52,224 nucleotides of DNA, taken from positions 1-52,224 of the forward strand of contig JAGVOB010000137.1 in NCBI GenBank assembly GCA_020052955.1, given 5' to 3'. This document shows, piece by piece, positions 27,611-36,302 of the stretch. Each line of letters begins with the position of its first letter. Position 1 is the stretch's first letter. The notes beneath the pieces are model-generated. The model was not told where the DNA came from. It did not search any database and worked only from the letters and a program-made list of their open reading frames with translations. This DNA is from Candidatus Omnitrophota bacterium. GTDB taxonomy: Bacteria; Omnitrophota; Gorgyraeia; VGKN01. Made by a program: the position numbers and the translations under genes.

Positions 27611-28294
27611 TTACCTTTGCCGGGGCAGTGCCTTATTCCGTTCAATGTCAAAATAAACCTCAGCGTACCTCACCGGTTTCTCTGCAACGATTGTGTAAAA
27701 AGCATTCAGCATTAAACAGGCAGCGGTTAAATTGGTGAAAATGATTTGCTCTGAGCCGGATAGTCGCGCCAGTTCCTCGCAGGAAAGTTCAGCAGGATTC
27801 TTATCCCTTGGCTGGGCAATTTCCGGATGAAATCTTTCTATGGGCGGATTTCTACTTCGACCGTTTTTCTTAATGTAAACTTGGATATTGCCGTCACTGA
27901 TTTCATTCCCGCCAGAAACAAGAACAACGTCCTGCAAACGCTGGCATCGTTCAGACACAATCTTTCTTGTAGCATGATTATCCACAGCCAAGAAAACTAC
28001 GCTCTTTTCACCAATAACCTCAACTACATTCTTCTCAGTCACAAACTCAGGAATTGGCACAATCGTAAGCGTATTAAATAACGACTTGAGATAGACTGCC
28101 TGCGCCTCTGCCTTGTTTTTGGTTTCTTCCAAAGCAGAGATATTCTGCCTGACAAAGTTTTCCCTACCGTATCTATCTCCATCCACCAAGATTACCTTCT
28201 TGCAATGCTGTGTAAAGTTAAGGTATCGACACAGCACCAATGCCAGGAACGAACCAATACCACCCAGCCCAATCACGACTATTTTTCCAATCAT
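27611..28294 (-). CDS. ThiF/E1-like adenylyltransferase
   Basis: Rossmann loop VVIGLGGIGSFLA and ILVDGDRYGRENFVRQ (D-x-D...N-x-x-R-Q). There is an ATGA overlap with the JAB gene. Confidence 0.75.
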   Translation of the reverse strand: MIGKIVVIGLGGIGSFLALVLCRYLNFTQHCKKVILVDGDRYGRENFVRQNISALEETKNKAEAQAVYLKSLFNTLTIVPIPEFVTEKNVVEVIGEKSVVFLAVDNHATRKIVSERCQRLQDVVLVSGGNEISDGNIQVYIKKNGRSRNPPIERFHPEIAQPRDKNPAELSCEELARLSGSEQIIFTNLTAACLMLNAFYTIVAEKPVRYAEVYFDIERNKALPRQR

Positions 28295-29133
28295 AGTTTA
28301 ATCTCCTTTCTTTGATTGCCAAAAAGCCGTTGATTTACAACATCTTTCTCCTTGCTGTAATCAAAAAAATCACAAGGGCTTCCTGGTTCTTTAATATCCT
28401 CCTGAATGCAGACATCCTCATGAGAGCAACAAAAGCACTCATCATCCAATGGTACATTTCCCTTGTCATCTTCTGGCTTTTTGTCAGTTTCTGGCTTTCC
28501 CAATACATCTTCCCTCTCACCAAAAGGCTCTTGGAGTGGCTTTACCTTTTTGAGCCATTCCTGATTAACCATCCTAATAGGCTCATTAAGACCCTCAATA
28601 ACGCTTTCAGGCTCTAATTCAGCCCTCTTTCCGTTAATTACCACGTAACAGGCTAATTCAGGCTTAACCTCGTCAAATTTGCTCACTATAAGGTGCAGTC
28701 CGTCAAAGTTTAGCTCGTCCTGATGGTCTGTCCCAGAGGCAAATACCCCAAAGCCCGGGTGAGAATGAACGCTACCCACAACTCTCCTGTTTGTTTCGTT
28801 CTTATACTGTACCCTGGCGCCAGCCACTTCTTGCTCCGGGGCATACGCGGACCAGGTATCCTGCTCATAACATAGCAACACCATTGCTTCTGACTTGTAT
28901 TTCTGATACACGGCGTGGAAAAAGGCCAATACTTCCTTGATTAGTTCATAGGGTATCTTTTTGGCCTTTAACGCAAACGTTTCTTCCTGCTCAGGCAACG
29001 GAAGAGCGTCAATCTTGACACAGGCATCAAACAACTCATTCTTCTTAAGGATATAAAATCCTTCCTTAGCCACAATATAAGCATAGGGCTCATTTCCCGG
29101 GATTGGCTGCCCGGCAAAGTACATCTTTATCAT
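28291..29133 (-). CDS. JAB/MPN (JAMM) metallopeptidase, PRTRC-A/BilC-like
   Basis: Exact JAMM spacing HSHPGFGVFASGTD (H-x-H-x7-S-x2-D) with an upstream Glu (YKSEAMVLL). Strong SD GGAGGTG. Confidence 0.8.
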   Translation of the reverse strand: MIKMYFAGQPIPGNEPYAYIVAKEGFYILKKNELFDACVKIDALPLPEQEETFALKAKKIPYELIKEVLAFFHAVYQKYKSEAMVLLCYEQDTWSAYAPEQEVAGARVQYKNETNRRVVGSVHSHPGFGVFASGTDHQDELNFDGLHLIVSKFDEVKPELACYVVINGKRAELEPESVIEGLNEPIRMVNQEWLKKVKPLQEPFGEREDVLGKPETDKKPEDDKGNVPLDDECFCCSHEDVCIQEDIKEPGSPCDFFDYSKEKDVVNQRLFGNQRKEIKL

Positions 29134-29383
29134 TTTTCACCTCCTCTAATGATTTTACGAGTTCTGCCAAATTGCCAGATTCTTCAATAGCCTCAGGCGT
29201 AATACACGTCTTTTTTTGCCGCAACACCCTGACTGCCTGCGTCAAAATCAGGTCTTCTAATTTTCCACTGAAATCCTCAATCTCCTCATCAGAACGTTCA
29301 ATGAAATCCTTCAAGACATCTTTAACAGAGTGAACACTATTGGCAATAGCAACCTTTCGTATGATTTGTTTAAATATTTTCAT
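29090..29383 (-). CDS. Hypothetical helical protein within the Ubl operon
   Basis: 97-aa acidic helical ORF. It overlaps the JAB gene start by 44 nt. Confidence 0.4.
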   Translation of the reverse strand: MKIFKQIIRKVAIANSVHSVKDVLKDFIERSDEEIEDFSGKLEDLILTQAVRVLRQKKTCITPEAIEESGNLAELVKSLEEVKNDKDVLCRAANPGK

Positions 29384-29386
29384 TCG

Positions 29387-30058
29387 CTACTCCTTTTCCA
29401 GAACGTTGTCAAGACACCGGCTAAGGCTCTGGTAGGGAAACCATTCCACAGAGCAAACATTTTCTAAGTTGAGCCGTTGCCAGGTGTCAAAACAATGCTC
29501 TTCCTGGTTTTGTTTAAGCAGGGCTATCTGTTTTGGTATCTTTTCCCTGAAAAACTGGTTTAAATCAGTGTTAAAGGTTGAGGCAAAAAAGTAACCAATC
29601 AAGCTATTAATCTTTTCCGGCGCCTCAGCCGTTACGCTATACCTGAAGTCGCCCAGACAGACAGCTGAATCCGGGCTGTGGAGATTCGGGATTGGCGGGG
29701 TGAACAGTTTATCTTCGCTACTGTTTAATCTCTGGTTTCTAAAATAAAAGAAACATTTTTCAAATGCATAGTTTTCAAAGAGTATCAGGAAGTAATGGTA
29801 CGGGAAGGCCAACGTATACTCTTTGGAATGCGCTCCATTGTGGGCATAAAGCACCTTTACCATTGTAGGTTCTTGTTCTATCAGATATGCCTTTTTGTAA
29901 TCCTTTGAGGCGTAGAAAATCACGCCTTTTGGCAGGATTGGTGTTCTTAAACCGCTTGACTGAATCAAGGCATTCTTAAAGTCAGTTAATTTTACCCGCC
30001 TGACTGTAGAAACTTCCTTTAATTCAACAATACCTTCACTGATTTCAATTATTTCCAT
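29387..30058 (-). CDS. Prokaryotic E2/UBC-like protein (start re-set; the ORF-track N-terminal extension is rejected)
   Basis: Starts MEIIEISEG behind AAGGAG-6nt. FTPPIPNLHSPDSAVCLGDF resembles the E2 (H)PN...x-C-L/W-G catalytic-Cys flap of Prok-E2 families. Confidence 0.55.
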   Translation of the reverse strand: MEIIEISEGIVELKEVSTVRRVKLTDFKNALIQSSGLRTPILPKGVIFYASKDYKKAYLIEQEPTMVKVLYAHNGAHSKEYTLAFPYHYFLILFENYAFEKCFFYFRNQRLNSSEDKLFTPPIPNLHSPDSAVCLGDFRYSVTAEAPEKINSLIGYFFASTFNTDLNQFFREKIPKQIALLKQNQEEHCFDTWQRLNLENVCSVEWFPYQSLSRCLDNVLEKE

Positions 30059-30080
30059 AAACAACTCCTTTCTAAAAATA

Positions 30081-30456
30081 GGGAAGGGGCACCTCGCTAG
30101 TCCGCAACCGTAAAGCCGCAAGCGAAGCCGAGTAACAGGTATCAAACGAGGCGAGCGGGCGGCTCGGAGGTGCGGTAAGCTAATTGTGTAATATATTGAT
30201 ATTCGGGACTGACGAAGCATCAGTCCGGCTTATTCCTTGAAACAAATGGTCAGGCCACGAGATGCTATTACTCTCGTCGTTATCGTGTTATCATCAGAAA
30301 AGATTATATCCTTTCGGAAATAATGGATTCTGAAAGGCGACAGACCTATAACCCTCGTTTCGTTTCTACAAAGCATTAACCCTCGGCCCAATTTTCATCG
30401 AGATGATGGTATGGACTTAGCAAATGGAACAAACCTAAAACCAAGGTGCCCTTCCC
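30081..30456 (-). ncRNA. Candidate retron msr-msd non-coding RNA bounded by a1/a2-like inverted repeats (strand assignment tentative)
   Basis: gggaaggggcacct (30081-30094) pairs with aggtgcccttccc (30444-30456), with one bulged C. Internal hairpins lie at 30206-30226, 30257-30277 and 30310-30337. A GC-rich imperfect long hairpin at 30102-30175 abuts the 30081 repeat. No credible ORF is present. Confidence 0.5.
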
Positions 30457-30464
30457 ATGATTAT

Positions 30465-31337
30465 TTAGCAGACTTTAACCAGATTGTTTTGTAAGGCTAA
30501 CAGGTTCTTTATCTCATTCACATCCTGAACAAGTCTTTTCCCTACATCAGGATTTATGCTTTTGATAAACGAGGCCTTGCCTTGCAATTTTGCCATATTA
30601 AAGGCGGTGTTTTCCCCTTTGATTAGTTTTGTTTTGATATTATGCAACTCTGCCCTGAATTTCCTTTTCTCTTTACGAAGAATATTTGGTGTTTTATTCA
30701 CCACCACGCCAGTTACAACTTGTCTATTGCCGTTTCTCATCACAAGAGTCTTTGCCTTGTTAATCTTAAAGCCGGTTTCGCACACGAATTTTTCAACAAT
30801 AGGCAGAATCATGTTCAGTTTGGTGTCCCTCGAAGAGAAAATCATATCGTCAGCGTATCTTGTGTAAGCGGTATTCCTCATGGAATCTGTCCATCTCTTA
30901 GCCAGTCCTGCCAGGCGATAATCCAGTTTCTTCAACACCATATTCGATAAGAAAGGGCTGGTAGGTGCTCCCTGAGGCAGATATGCGTTAACCCCATTGT
31001 TAAGAGTACAAATCTCAGCAATTCTTTGGGCATCCTCTGCGCTTATTCCCTCATTCTTCAGGGCATTAAGTACATGGTCCTTGGTTATTGAACCAAAGAA
31101 ATCCTTTATATCTGCTCTGATTACAACCCTCTTATTCGTATGAACCTGCGCATTAGTTGAGATGCTTCTATTTTTTATAAACGCGTGAGCGTATTTTGAA
31201 GGACCGATTCTCCTTGCCATTAACCATCTTAAGACAGATCTCTGTAATGCCTTTAACTTTGGTCTTGGTTCGGCTATCTCCCTAAATTCACCGTTACCCT
31301 TGGGAATCTTGCGAATAATGTAACTTCGCTTATCCAT
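30465..31337 (-). CDS. Retron-type reverse transcriptase
   Basis: 290 aa with IPKGNGEFREIAEP, SISTNAQVH (NAxxH), LPQGAPTSPFLSN, YADDMIFSS (YxDD) and QVVTGVVVN (VTG). It has no maturase or endonuclease domains. Confidence 0.85.
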   Translation of the reverse strand: MDKRSYIIRKIPKGNGEFREIAEPRPKLKALQRSVLRWLMARRIGPSKYAHAFIKNRSISTNAQVHTNKRVVIRADIKDFFGSITKDHVLNALKNEGISAEDAQRIAEICTLNNGVNAYLPQGAPTSPFLSNMVLKKLDYRLAGLAKRWTDSMRNTAYTRYADDMIFSSRDTKLNMILPIVEKFVCETGFKINKAKTLVMRNGNRQVVTGVVVNKTPNILRKEKRKFRAELHNIKTKLIKGENTAFNMAKLQGKASFIKSINPDVGKRLVQDVNEIKNLLALQNNLVKVC

Positions 31338-31381
31338 AAATCACCCCCTTTTTTTCTCTGTTTTATTGGTTAGTTCATCTT

Positions 31382-31693
31382 TTAATAATCCTCAGGCTTC
31401 ATGTAAGTAAATCCTTCTCCATTCCAGATAACCCAAATCTTGTCTTTCGAAATGACTCTAAGTTTCATATATGGTGTATCCTCCGAATCTGGTTGCCTGA
31501 GCAATTCCAATCCACGATTAACTAAATCCTTACGTTTCTGCTCATCTTCATAACCTTCCTTGAAAAGATTCGCAGTAATCACAACAGACTGATTTCCGAT
31601 AAAACCTACCGGAACTAAAATCCCATCCTCGATCGCTTGTTTCCTAGTGTAGGTGTATATGACTTCCGGCTCATCTTTATTATTCGTGTTCAT
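31382..31693 (-). CDS. Small conserved protein of the type seen in plasmid/ICE leading regions (start re-set to MNTNNK)
   Basis: IYTYTRKQAIEDGILVPVG...IWVIWNGEGFTYMKPEDY. I recall this Y-T/S-R-x-Q-A-I-E-D-G-x-L-V pattern from plasmid-borne hypothetical proteins, but the family name is not certain. SD AAGGAG-6nt. Confidence 0.5.
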   Translation of the reverse strand: MNTNNKDEPEVIYTYTRKQAIEDGILVPVGFIGNQSVVITANLFKEGYEDEQKRKDLVNRGLELLRQPDSEDTPYMKLRVISKDKIWVIWNGEGFTYMKPEDY

Positions 31694-32317
31694 ATTTCGC
31701 TCCTTTCTTAGCTTATTTCTCAATTATAGAAGTAAAAAGTTCTGACTATATAAACTGATAGATCCAATGGAATAACCCTAAAAAGGAAGAGATACCTTCC
31801 TGCTGTAGGGTGTTATGAGCAACATCTTAGGCGATAACCTTTAATGTTTTATTTGCTCGATTGTTGTTAGTGCTTGCGCACTTTTAAGTGATGGCATTAG
31901 AATGGGTTGTGGGTTTATATATTTTATTGTGATACAAAATATATATTATGGCTTGAACTTAGGAAATGATTGGACACTGACAGGGAATATTTTGGTGTCA
32001 GTATTGGCTTTTCAGGACAGTGGAAAAACATAAGAATACCTGAACTTAGCGTACCCTAGCTCCCTCTATCAAGAGAGGCCAGTGCCGGTCAAGAAACCGC
32101 TGTGGAAAAAAGGGGGAAAGCATGCTTGAAGTTGGTGTTTAAAGGTGGTGTCTAATATGGTACCTTAGGAACCACCCCTGTTTGCTCTAACCCCAAATCC
32201 TGCATATAATTGTATAGTTTAGGGTTCCCCTAATCGCTTCGCTCGGCTTCGCCTCGCTCAGCGCCCCCCCCTGTTTAGCGTAAAGTTTATAAAGTAGTGT
32301 GTCTTATAGTTTATCTT

Positions 32318-32551
32318 ATGCGTAAATCAAACCACTGGGATAAGGATATTTTAAGTCAATCGGCATTTGAGATAGAGATTAGCCCTTATTTACTGCGTCT
32401 TTTTACTGATTACGAAACCCATCTGCTTCGCAAGAAGTTAAGAGACGAGGTTCTTACTAAATCAGAGCAGGTTAAGTATAGTGCGAGGATAAAGAAAAAA
32501 ATATTGGCTATTATGAAGCTACAGAGTTTAGGACGACTTTTGGAAGAATAA
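32318..32551 (+). CDS. Hypothetical small protein (ATG start chosen over the track's GTG)
   Basis: 77 aa, helical and basic. It is the first gene of the plus-strand cluster. Confidence 0.35.
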   Translation: MRKSNHWDKDILSQSAFEIEISPYLLRLFTDYETHLLRKKLRDEVLTKSEQVKYSARIKKKILAIMKLQSLGRLLEE

Positions 32552-32644
32552 AAAATTTATTTGGTGTCATCAAAACTATCTTTTCTAACCTATATTTCTT
32601 AAAACCGAAACATTTATATAGTTCATACCCTTTAGACAGATAAC

Positions 32645-33040
32645 ATGGGAACAAGAAGCACAACAAAGATATACGATAATGGAAAGTTTCTGTTAGGAAT
32701 ATACAAGCAATTAGATGGATATCCAGAATATTGGGGTAAAGAATTAAAGAAATTTATAGATAATGGAGTATTTATAAATGGGATTAATGGCTCTAAAAAA
32801 GGAAATGAAAAGTTTATGTTTAATGGAATATCTGATTTCGCTTTAATGTTAGTAAAAGAATTTAAAGAAGGAACAGGAGAACTTTATGCTACAACTGAAG
32901 ATGACGAACAGGAATATAATTATATAATAGAATACGAGGATACTTTAAACGAGAACGGCATACATACTGAATATAAATTAACTTTAAGATGTAAAGAGAA
33001 CAATAATTTTAATTATTCTTGGGAAGGGAAACTAAAATGA
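32645..33040 (+). CDS. Hypothetical protein
   Basis: 131-aa ORF in a visibly more AT-rich stretch. There is an ATGA overlap with the next gene. Confidence 0.45.
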   Translation: MGTRSTTKIYDNGKFLLGIYKQLDGYPEYWGKELKKFIDNGVFINGINGSKKGNEKFMFNGISDFALMLVKEFKEGTGELYATTEDDEQEYNYIIEYEDTLNENGIHTEYKLTLRCKENNNFNYSWEGKLK

Positions 33041-33327
33041 AATATTGTAAAAAACATAAAGAGTTTTATCCAGCGATAAGTAAATGCTCTTGGTGTGAGG
33101 CAAATAAACTTGTAATGATAGACAACATAAATAGATATAAAAACAAATATTGCGAATGCACTAAATCACATTTTAAAATAACAGACGAGGGAGTAGCACA
33201 TAAAGGAGTTTTATTTTTAAGATTTGAGAACGAGAACGAAAAATTAAACTTATTGAATATGGGGGATAAAGAAATGTATGAATTTCTTAACTACAAATGG
33301 AATTTATATATGTCTTTAAATGATTAA
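33037..33327 (+). CDS. Hypothetical Cys-rich (zinc-binding?) protein
   Basis: MKYCKKHKEFYPAISKCSWCE...YCECTKSH. ATG re-set; overlaps both neighbours. Confidence 0.45.
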   Translation: MKYCKKHKEFYPAISKCSWCEANKLVMIDNINRYKNKYCECTKSHFKITDEGVAHKGVLFLRFENENEKLNLLNMGDKEMYEFLNYKWNLYMSLND

Positions 33328-33520
33328 AGTGAGACATATAGCAGAACGATATTTTGAGTTGGAAGAATGCCTAAATTGTAAATCCGAGAAGTTCAAAGCA
33401 ATCGTGACATTACCTACGATATATTATAAAGATGGAGATGAATATTGGACTGATAAAAATATTGATTACGAAGATGTAAAAGTTTTTTGTTCTAAATGTA
33501 ATTTGAGGGTTGAGGAATAA
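33320..33520 (+). CDS. Small zinc-ribbon protein
   Basis: CLNCKSEKF...CSKCNL (two CxxC pairs). Confidence 0.45.
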   Translation: MIKVRHIAERYFELEECLNCKSEKFKAIVTLPTIYYKDGDEYWTDKNIDYEDVKVFCSKCNLRVEE

Positions 33521-33607
33521 AATGAACCACGAAATGTGTAATTACGTTCTCATAAATGACAAGTGCCTGAATAGTTGTAAGCAAGCAAGGTTTTTCGAGG
33601 TGTTAAG

Positions 33608-35725
33608 ATGGACATAAACGCCCTGCGAGTGTTCAACTCACTCTACGATTTGGGAATAACCGAGAACGAGTTCAAAGAGGTTGAAAACGAACAAGAACAC
33701 ACAGAAAGGACAGGGCTTTCTATCAATTTAGTTAAAAAGGGCAAGATTATAGGAGTAAGCCACGACGAGAAACATCAGGTTGTAATCAAAGAAACAAAAT
33801 GCAGTATTAAACCCGCACCGAATAGCCGAGTTCTTTTTAAAACCCTGATAACTTTTGTGGAACTCCCAAAGGAAGTGTATGTTCTCCACCAGATAGCACA
33901 ATACAGGGCTTTGGATACCGACATAAAGTATATTGCGAATAATTTAGAGGAACTCAAAGACAGGATTTGCGACAGGTTTATTGATGAGTATCCTAAAGAA
34001 TTAGGCAGTATCTATGATGAGGCGTATGACGATTTTGACGAAAGAGAAAAAAACAAGATATTAAAGGGAAAGGTTGCAGAGGAACAACTAAAGGCACTTT
34101 TTTGGTTGTTTGACGAGGACTATCATACATTCGAGCCGACAGAAGCGAGGGAAAATATAGCGAAAATCGTCAAGGTATTCTCCCGCAACAACAGAAGGTT
34201 AGCCATAATCCAAACCAACGCAAATTGGAAGAAGCAAAGAGGCGGATTTTTCAAGGCAAGACGGACAGAACAAATAAAGAGAACGACATTCAAAATAATA
34301 ACATTCACGCCACGAGATAGGCAATACAATTATGTCTGCCCAAACAGAGAGGTTTATATTAGAGAGTATGGCGGAAACTCTGATATTTGGCTTGATGAAG
34401 ATTTAAGCGGAAAAATAACCGCCACAGAATTGGGAGTGCTGTCGAAACGATTAAAAGAAGGATTTGTGTTTCTAACTGCTGACGAGTATAACAACCAGAA
34501 ATCAGGGATAAGAATTGAATTGATGAGTGCCAAGCGAGAGGAACAAGAGCAACAGGCAAGGCATACTTTGGTTAAGTCCATTCAAAAGCAGTTTGGTAAG
34601 GGGAAAGTAACAAGGCAGGGCATAACCTTCACCAAGAACAGCGTAAGTTACGAAAGAATTATTTTAAAGGGCAGAATGATAGGCGAGTATCTTTGCCAAC
34701 AGAGTATAATCTTACAAGAACGTCCTGACTTCAACAAAATCTTTGAGGGGTATGTTGATTATCTTTTAAATTATGAAATCAGCCAAGACATCTATGGAAA
34801 TTCCTTGATTAAAGGGTGTCGGTTTACGGGTAAAGAGATAATAGAGATAGGAAAGATAAAAGTAATTCTCGAGGAAAGAAAAAATATCCTGTTTATCAAT
34901 AACCACAGGATACGCAAAGAGGACATAGGAACGACGATAAAAAGAGCAATCAATTACAATAGCCAAGAGCAATACAACGAGTTTGTTTCTGATACGAGCA
35001 AAGTAAATCTTGCTTTCCAAAAAATTCTGACGCAAGGCGGGGTTAGTTTCAAGTTAAAGATAGACAAGACAAATGATAATTGCCTGATGACAGAAAAAGA
35101 CGAGGCAAATATACTTCTGTCAATCCCGATAGTGAGAAAAGATAACAAGAACTACGCCCAGATTGACGGACAGGAATACAGAATTAGGGACACAACCGCC
35201 CTGCTCGATTTAGGAAAAGATATTGAAAGACACCGACTACAAGGTGGTTATTTGCAAAGGACAATCAAACTGCTGTATCGGGCGATTGAGGGAATAACTC
35301 ACAAGGAAATAGGCGAATTAATCAGAAATGGTAAGACAGAACACGAAAAAATGATGACGAGAATTAAACAAGAACAGGAAGCCAAACTGAAACGAAGCGA
35401 GGAATTTCTTGCTCACGCCGTAAAACTCACTCACGCAACGAGGGTTAAGAATGGTTATTTTGTGAAAGGATTAAACTGCATTACCTATTATGTCGGTGAT
35501 GATTTGGGAGTATGGACAATCAAAGGTGGGAAGCAGGAAAAATACCTCTGCATAATTGACATAAACAGCGAGAGAGAAGACAAGGCAGGGAAAAACGATT
35601 GTATCGCCAAGAGGTTATTGGCGTTGTCAAAAGACAGAGTGGTGGCAAAAGAAATTTATGAACAAGGCGACAAAATGGATAGTTGGTGGAACGAAATCCA
35701 AGAACCTTGTAGGGTGGTAGCATAG
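33608..35725 (+). CDS. Large hypothetical protein, first gene of the coupled 705aa-E1-Ubl-89aa-ATPase string
   Basis: 705-aa ORF with no motif recognised by eye. Its stop is immediately followed by the E1 ATG. Confidence 0.55.
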   Translation: MDINALRVFNSLYDLGITENEFKEVENEQEHTERTGLSINLVKKGKIIGVSHDEKHQVVIKETKCSIKPAPNSRVLFKTLITFVELPKEVYVLHQIAQYRALDTDIKYIANNLEELKDRICDRFIDEYPKELGSIYDEAYDDFDEREKNKILKGKVAEEQLKALFWLFDEDYHTFEPTEARENIAKIVKVFSRNNRRLAIIQTNANWKKQRGGFFKARRTEQIKRTTFKIITFTPRDRQYNYVCPNREVYIREYGGNSDIWLDEDLSGKITATELGVLSKRLKEGFVFLTADEYNNQKSGIRIELMSAKREEQEQQARHTLVKSIQKQFGKGKVTRQGITFTKNSVSYERIILKGRMIGEYLCQQSIILQERPDFNKIFEGYVDYLLNYEISQDIYGNSLIKGCRFTGKEIIEIGKIKVILEERKNILFINNHRIRKEDIGTTIKRAINYNSQEQYNEFVSDTSKVNLAFQKILTQGGVSFKLKIDKTNDNCLMTEKDEANILLSIPIVRKDNKNYAQIDGQEYRIRDTTALLDLGKDIERHRLQGGYLQRTIKLLYRAIEGITHKEIGELIRNGKTEHEKMMTRIKQEQEAKLKRSEEFLAHAVKLTHATRVKNGYFVKGLNCITYYVGDDLGVWTIKGGKQEKYLCIIDINSEREDKAGKNDCIAKRLLALSKDRVVAKEIYEQGDKMDSWWNEIQEPCRVVA

Positions 35726-36301
35726 ATGAAAATCTTACAGATAGGTTGCGGTGGAATTGGAAGTTATCTTATTTCCGAGATAACGGAGTGCTTTGAGCAA
35801 GAGCAGATAAACGCTTTCACAGATATATCCATAGCCGATAGCGATATGATTGAAATGGAACAATTAAGGTATCAGAACTTCAAGTCAAACGAAATCGGAA
35901 TGAACAAAGCAAAGGCATTAGGTAAAAGATTTGATGTCAAGGCAATAATGAAAAGAGTTGAGAAAGAAAACCAAATTAAAGATTATGACATCATTATCCT
36001 ATGTGTTGATAACGAAAAAACAAGGGAGATGGTAATAAGATACTGCCACAAGAACGACAAGGAGTTTCTTGATTTGAGGGCAACAGGCAGAAGAATATTT
36101 GCTATGCCCAAAACAACCCTTGAGGGCAACTTAAAGTTTGTGGATAGCAGGGATTGGAAAGAATATAGTTGCCAAGACGAAATGGATTTAGAAAAAGGAC
36201 TAATCCAGAAAGGCAACAAGATAGTGGCGTTGATAGGCGTTCAAATGCTACTTAATCTGTTGAGAGGACACAATAATAGAATAATAAACGAGGTAATCTA
36301 A
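35726..36301 (+). CDS. Short ThiF/E1-like adenylyltransferase (second copy in the window)
   Basis: ILQIGCGGIGSYLISE Rossmann loop; ISIADSDMIEMEQLRYQNF (D-x-D...L-x-x-Q). Only 191 aa. Confidence 0.7.
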   Translation: MKILQIGCGGIGSYLISEITECFEQEQINAFTDISIADSDMIEMEQLRYQNFKSNEIGMNKAKALGKRFDVKAIMKRVEKENQIKDYDIIILCVDNEKTREMVIRYCHKNDKEFLDLRATGRRIFAMPKTTLEGNLKFVDSRDWKEYSCQDEMDLEKGLIQKGNKIVALIGVQMLLNLLRGHNNRIINEVI

Positions 36302-36302
36302 A

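Noticed and set aside
30059-30220. 54-codon N-terminal extension of the E2-like ORF (MLRQSRISIYY...RLRLRLYGCG...)
   Set aside because: It runs through the GC-rich hairpin and the left inverted repeat of the candidate ncRNA. Its composition is Arg/Leu-biased. The downstream ATG at 30058 has a strong SD.
30556-30950. Plus-strand ORFs 30556-30867 and 30642-30950
   Set aside because: They lie antisense to the RT gene and have no motifs.
30465-31337. Group II intron or DRT-type interpretation of the RT
   Set aside because: The protein is only 290 aa, has no maturase (X) or endonuclease domain and no intron-like RNA domains. It does carry the retron-specific NAxxH and VTG signatures.
30121-32251. 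Inverted 11-mer gcgaagccgag / ctcggcttcgc at 30121-30131 and 32241-32251, considered as terminal repeats of a mobile RT cassette
   Set aside because: A single 11-mer match is expected many times by chance in a window of this size, and the flanking similarity is patchy.
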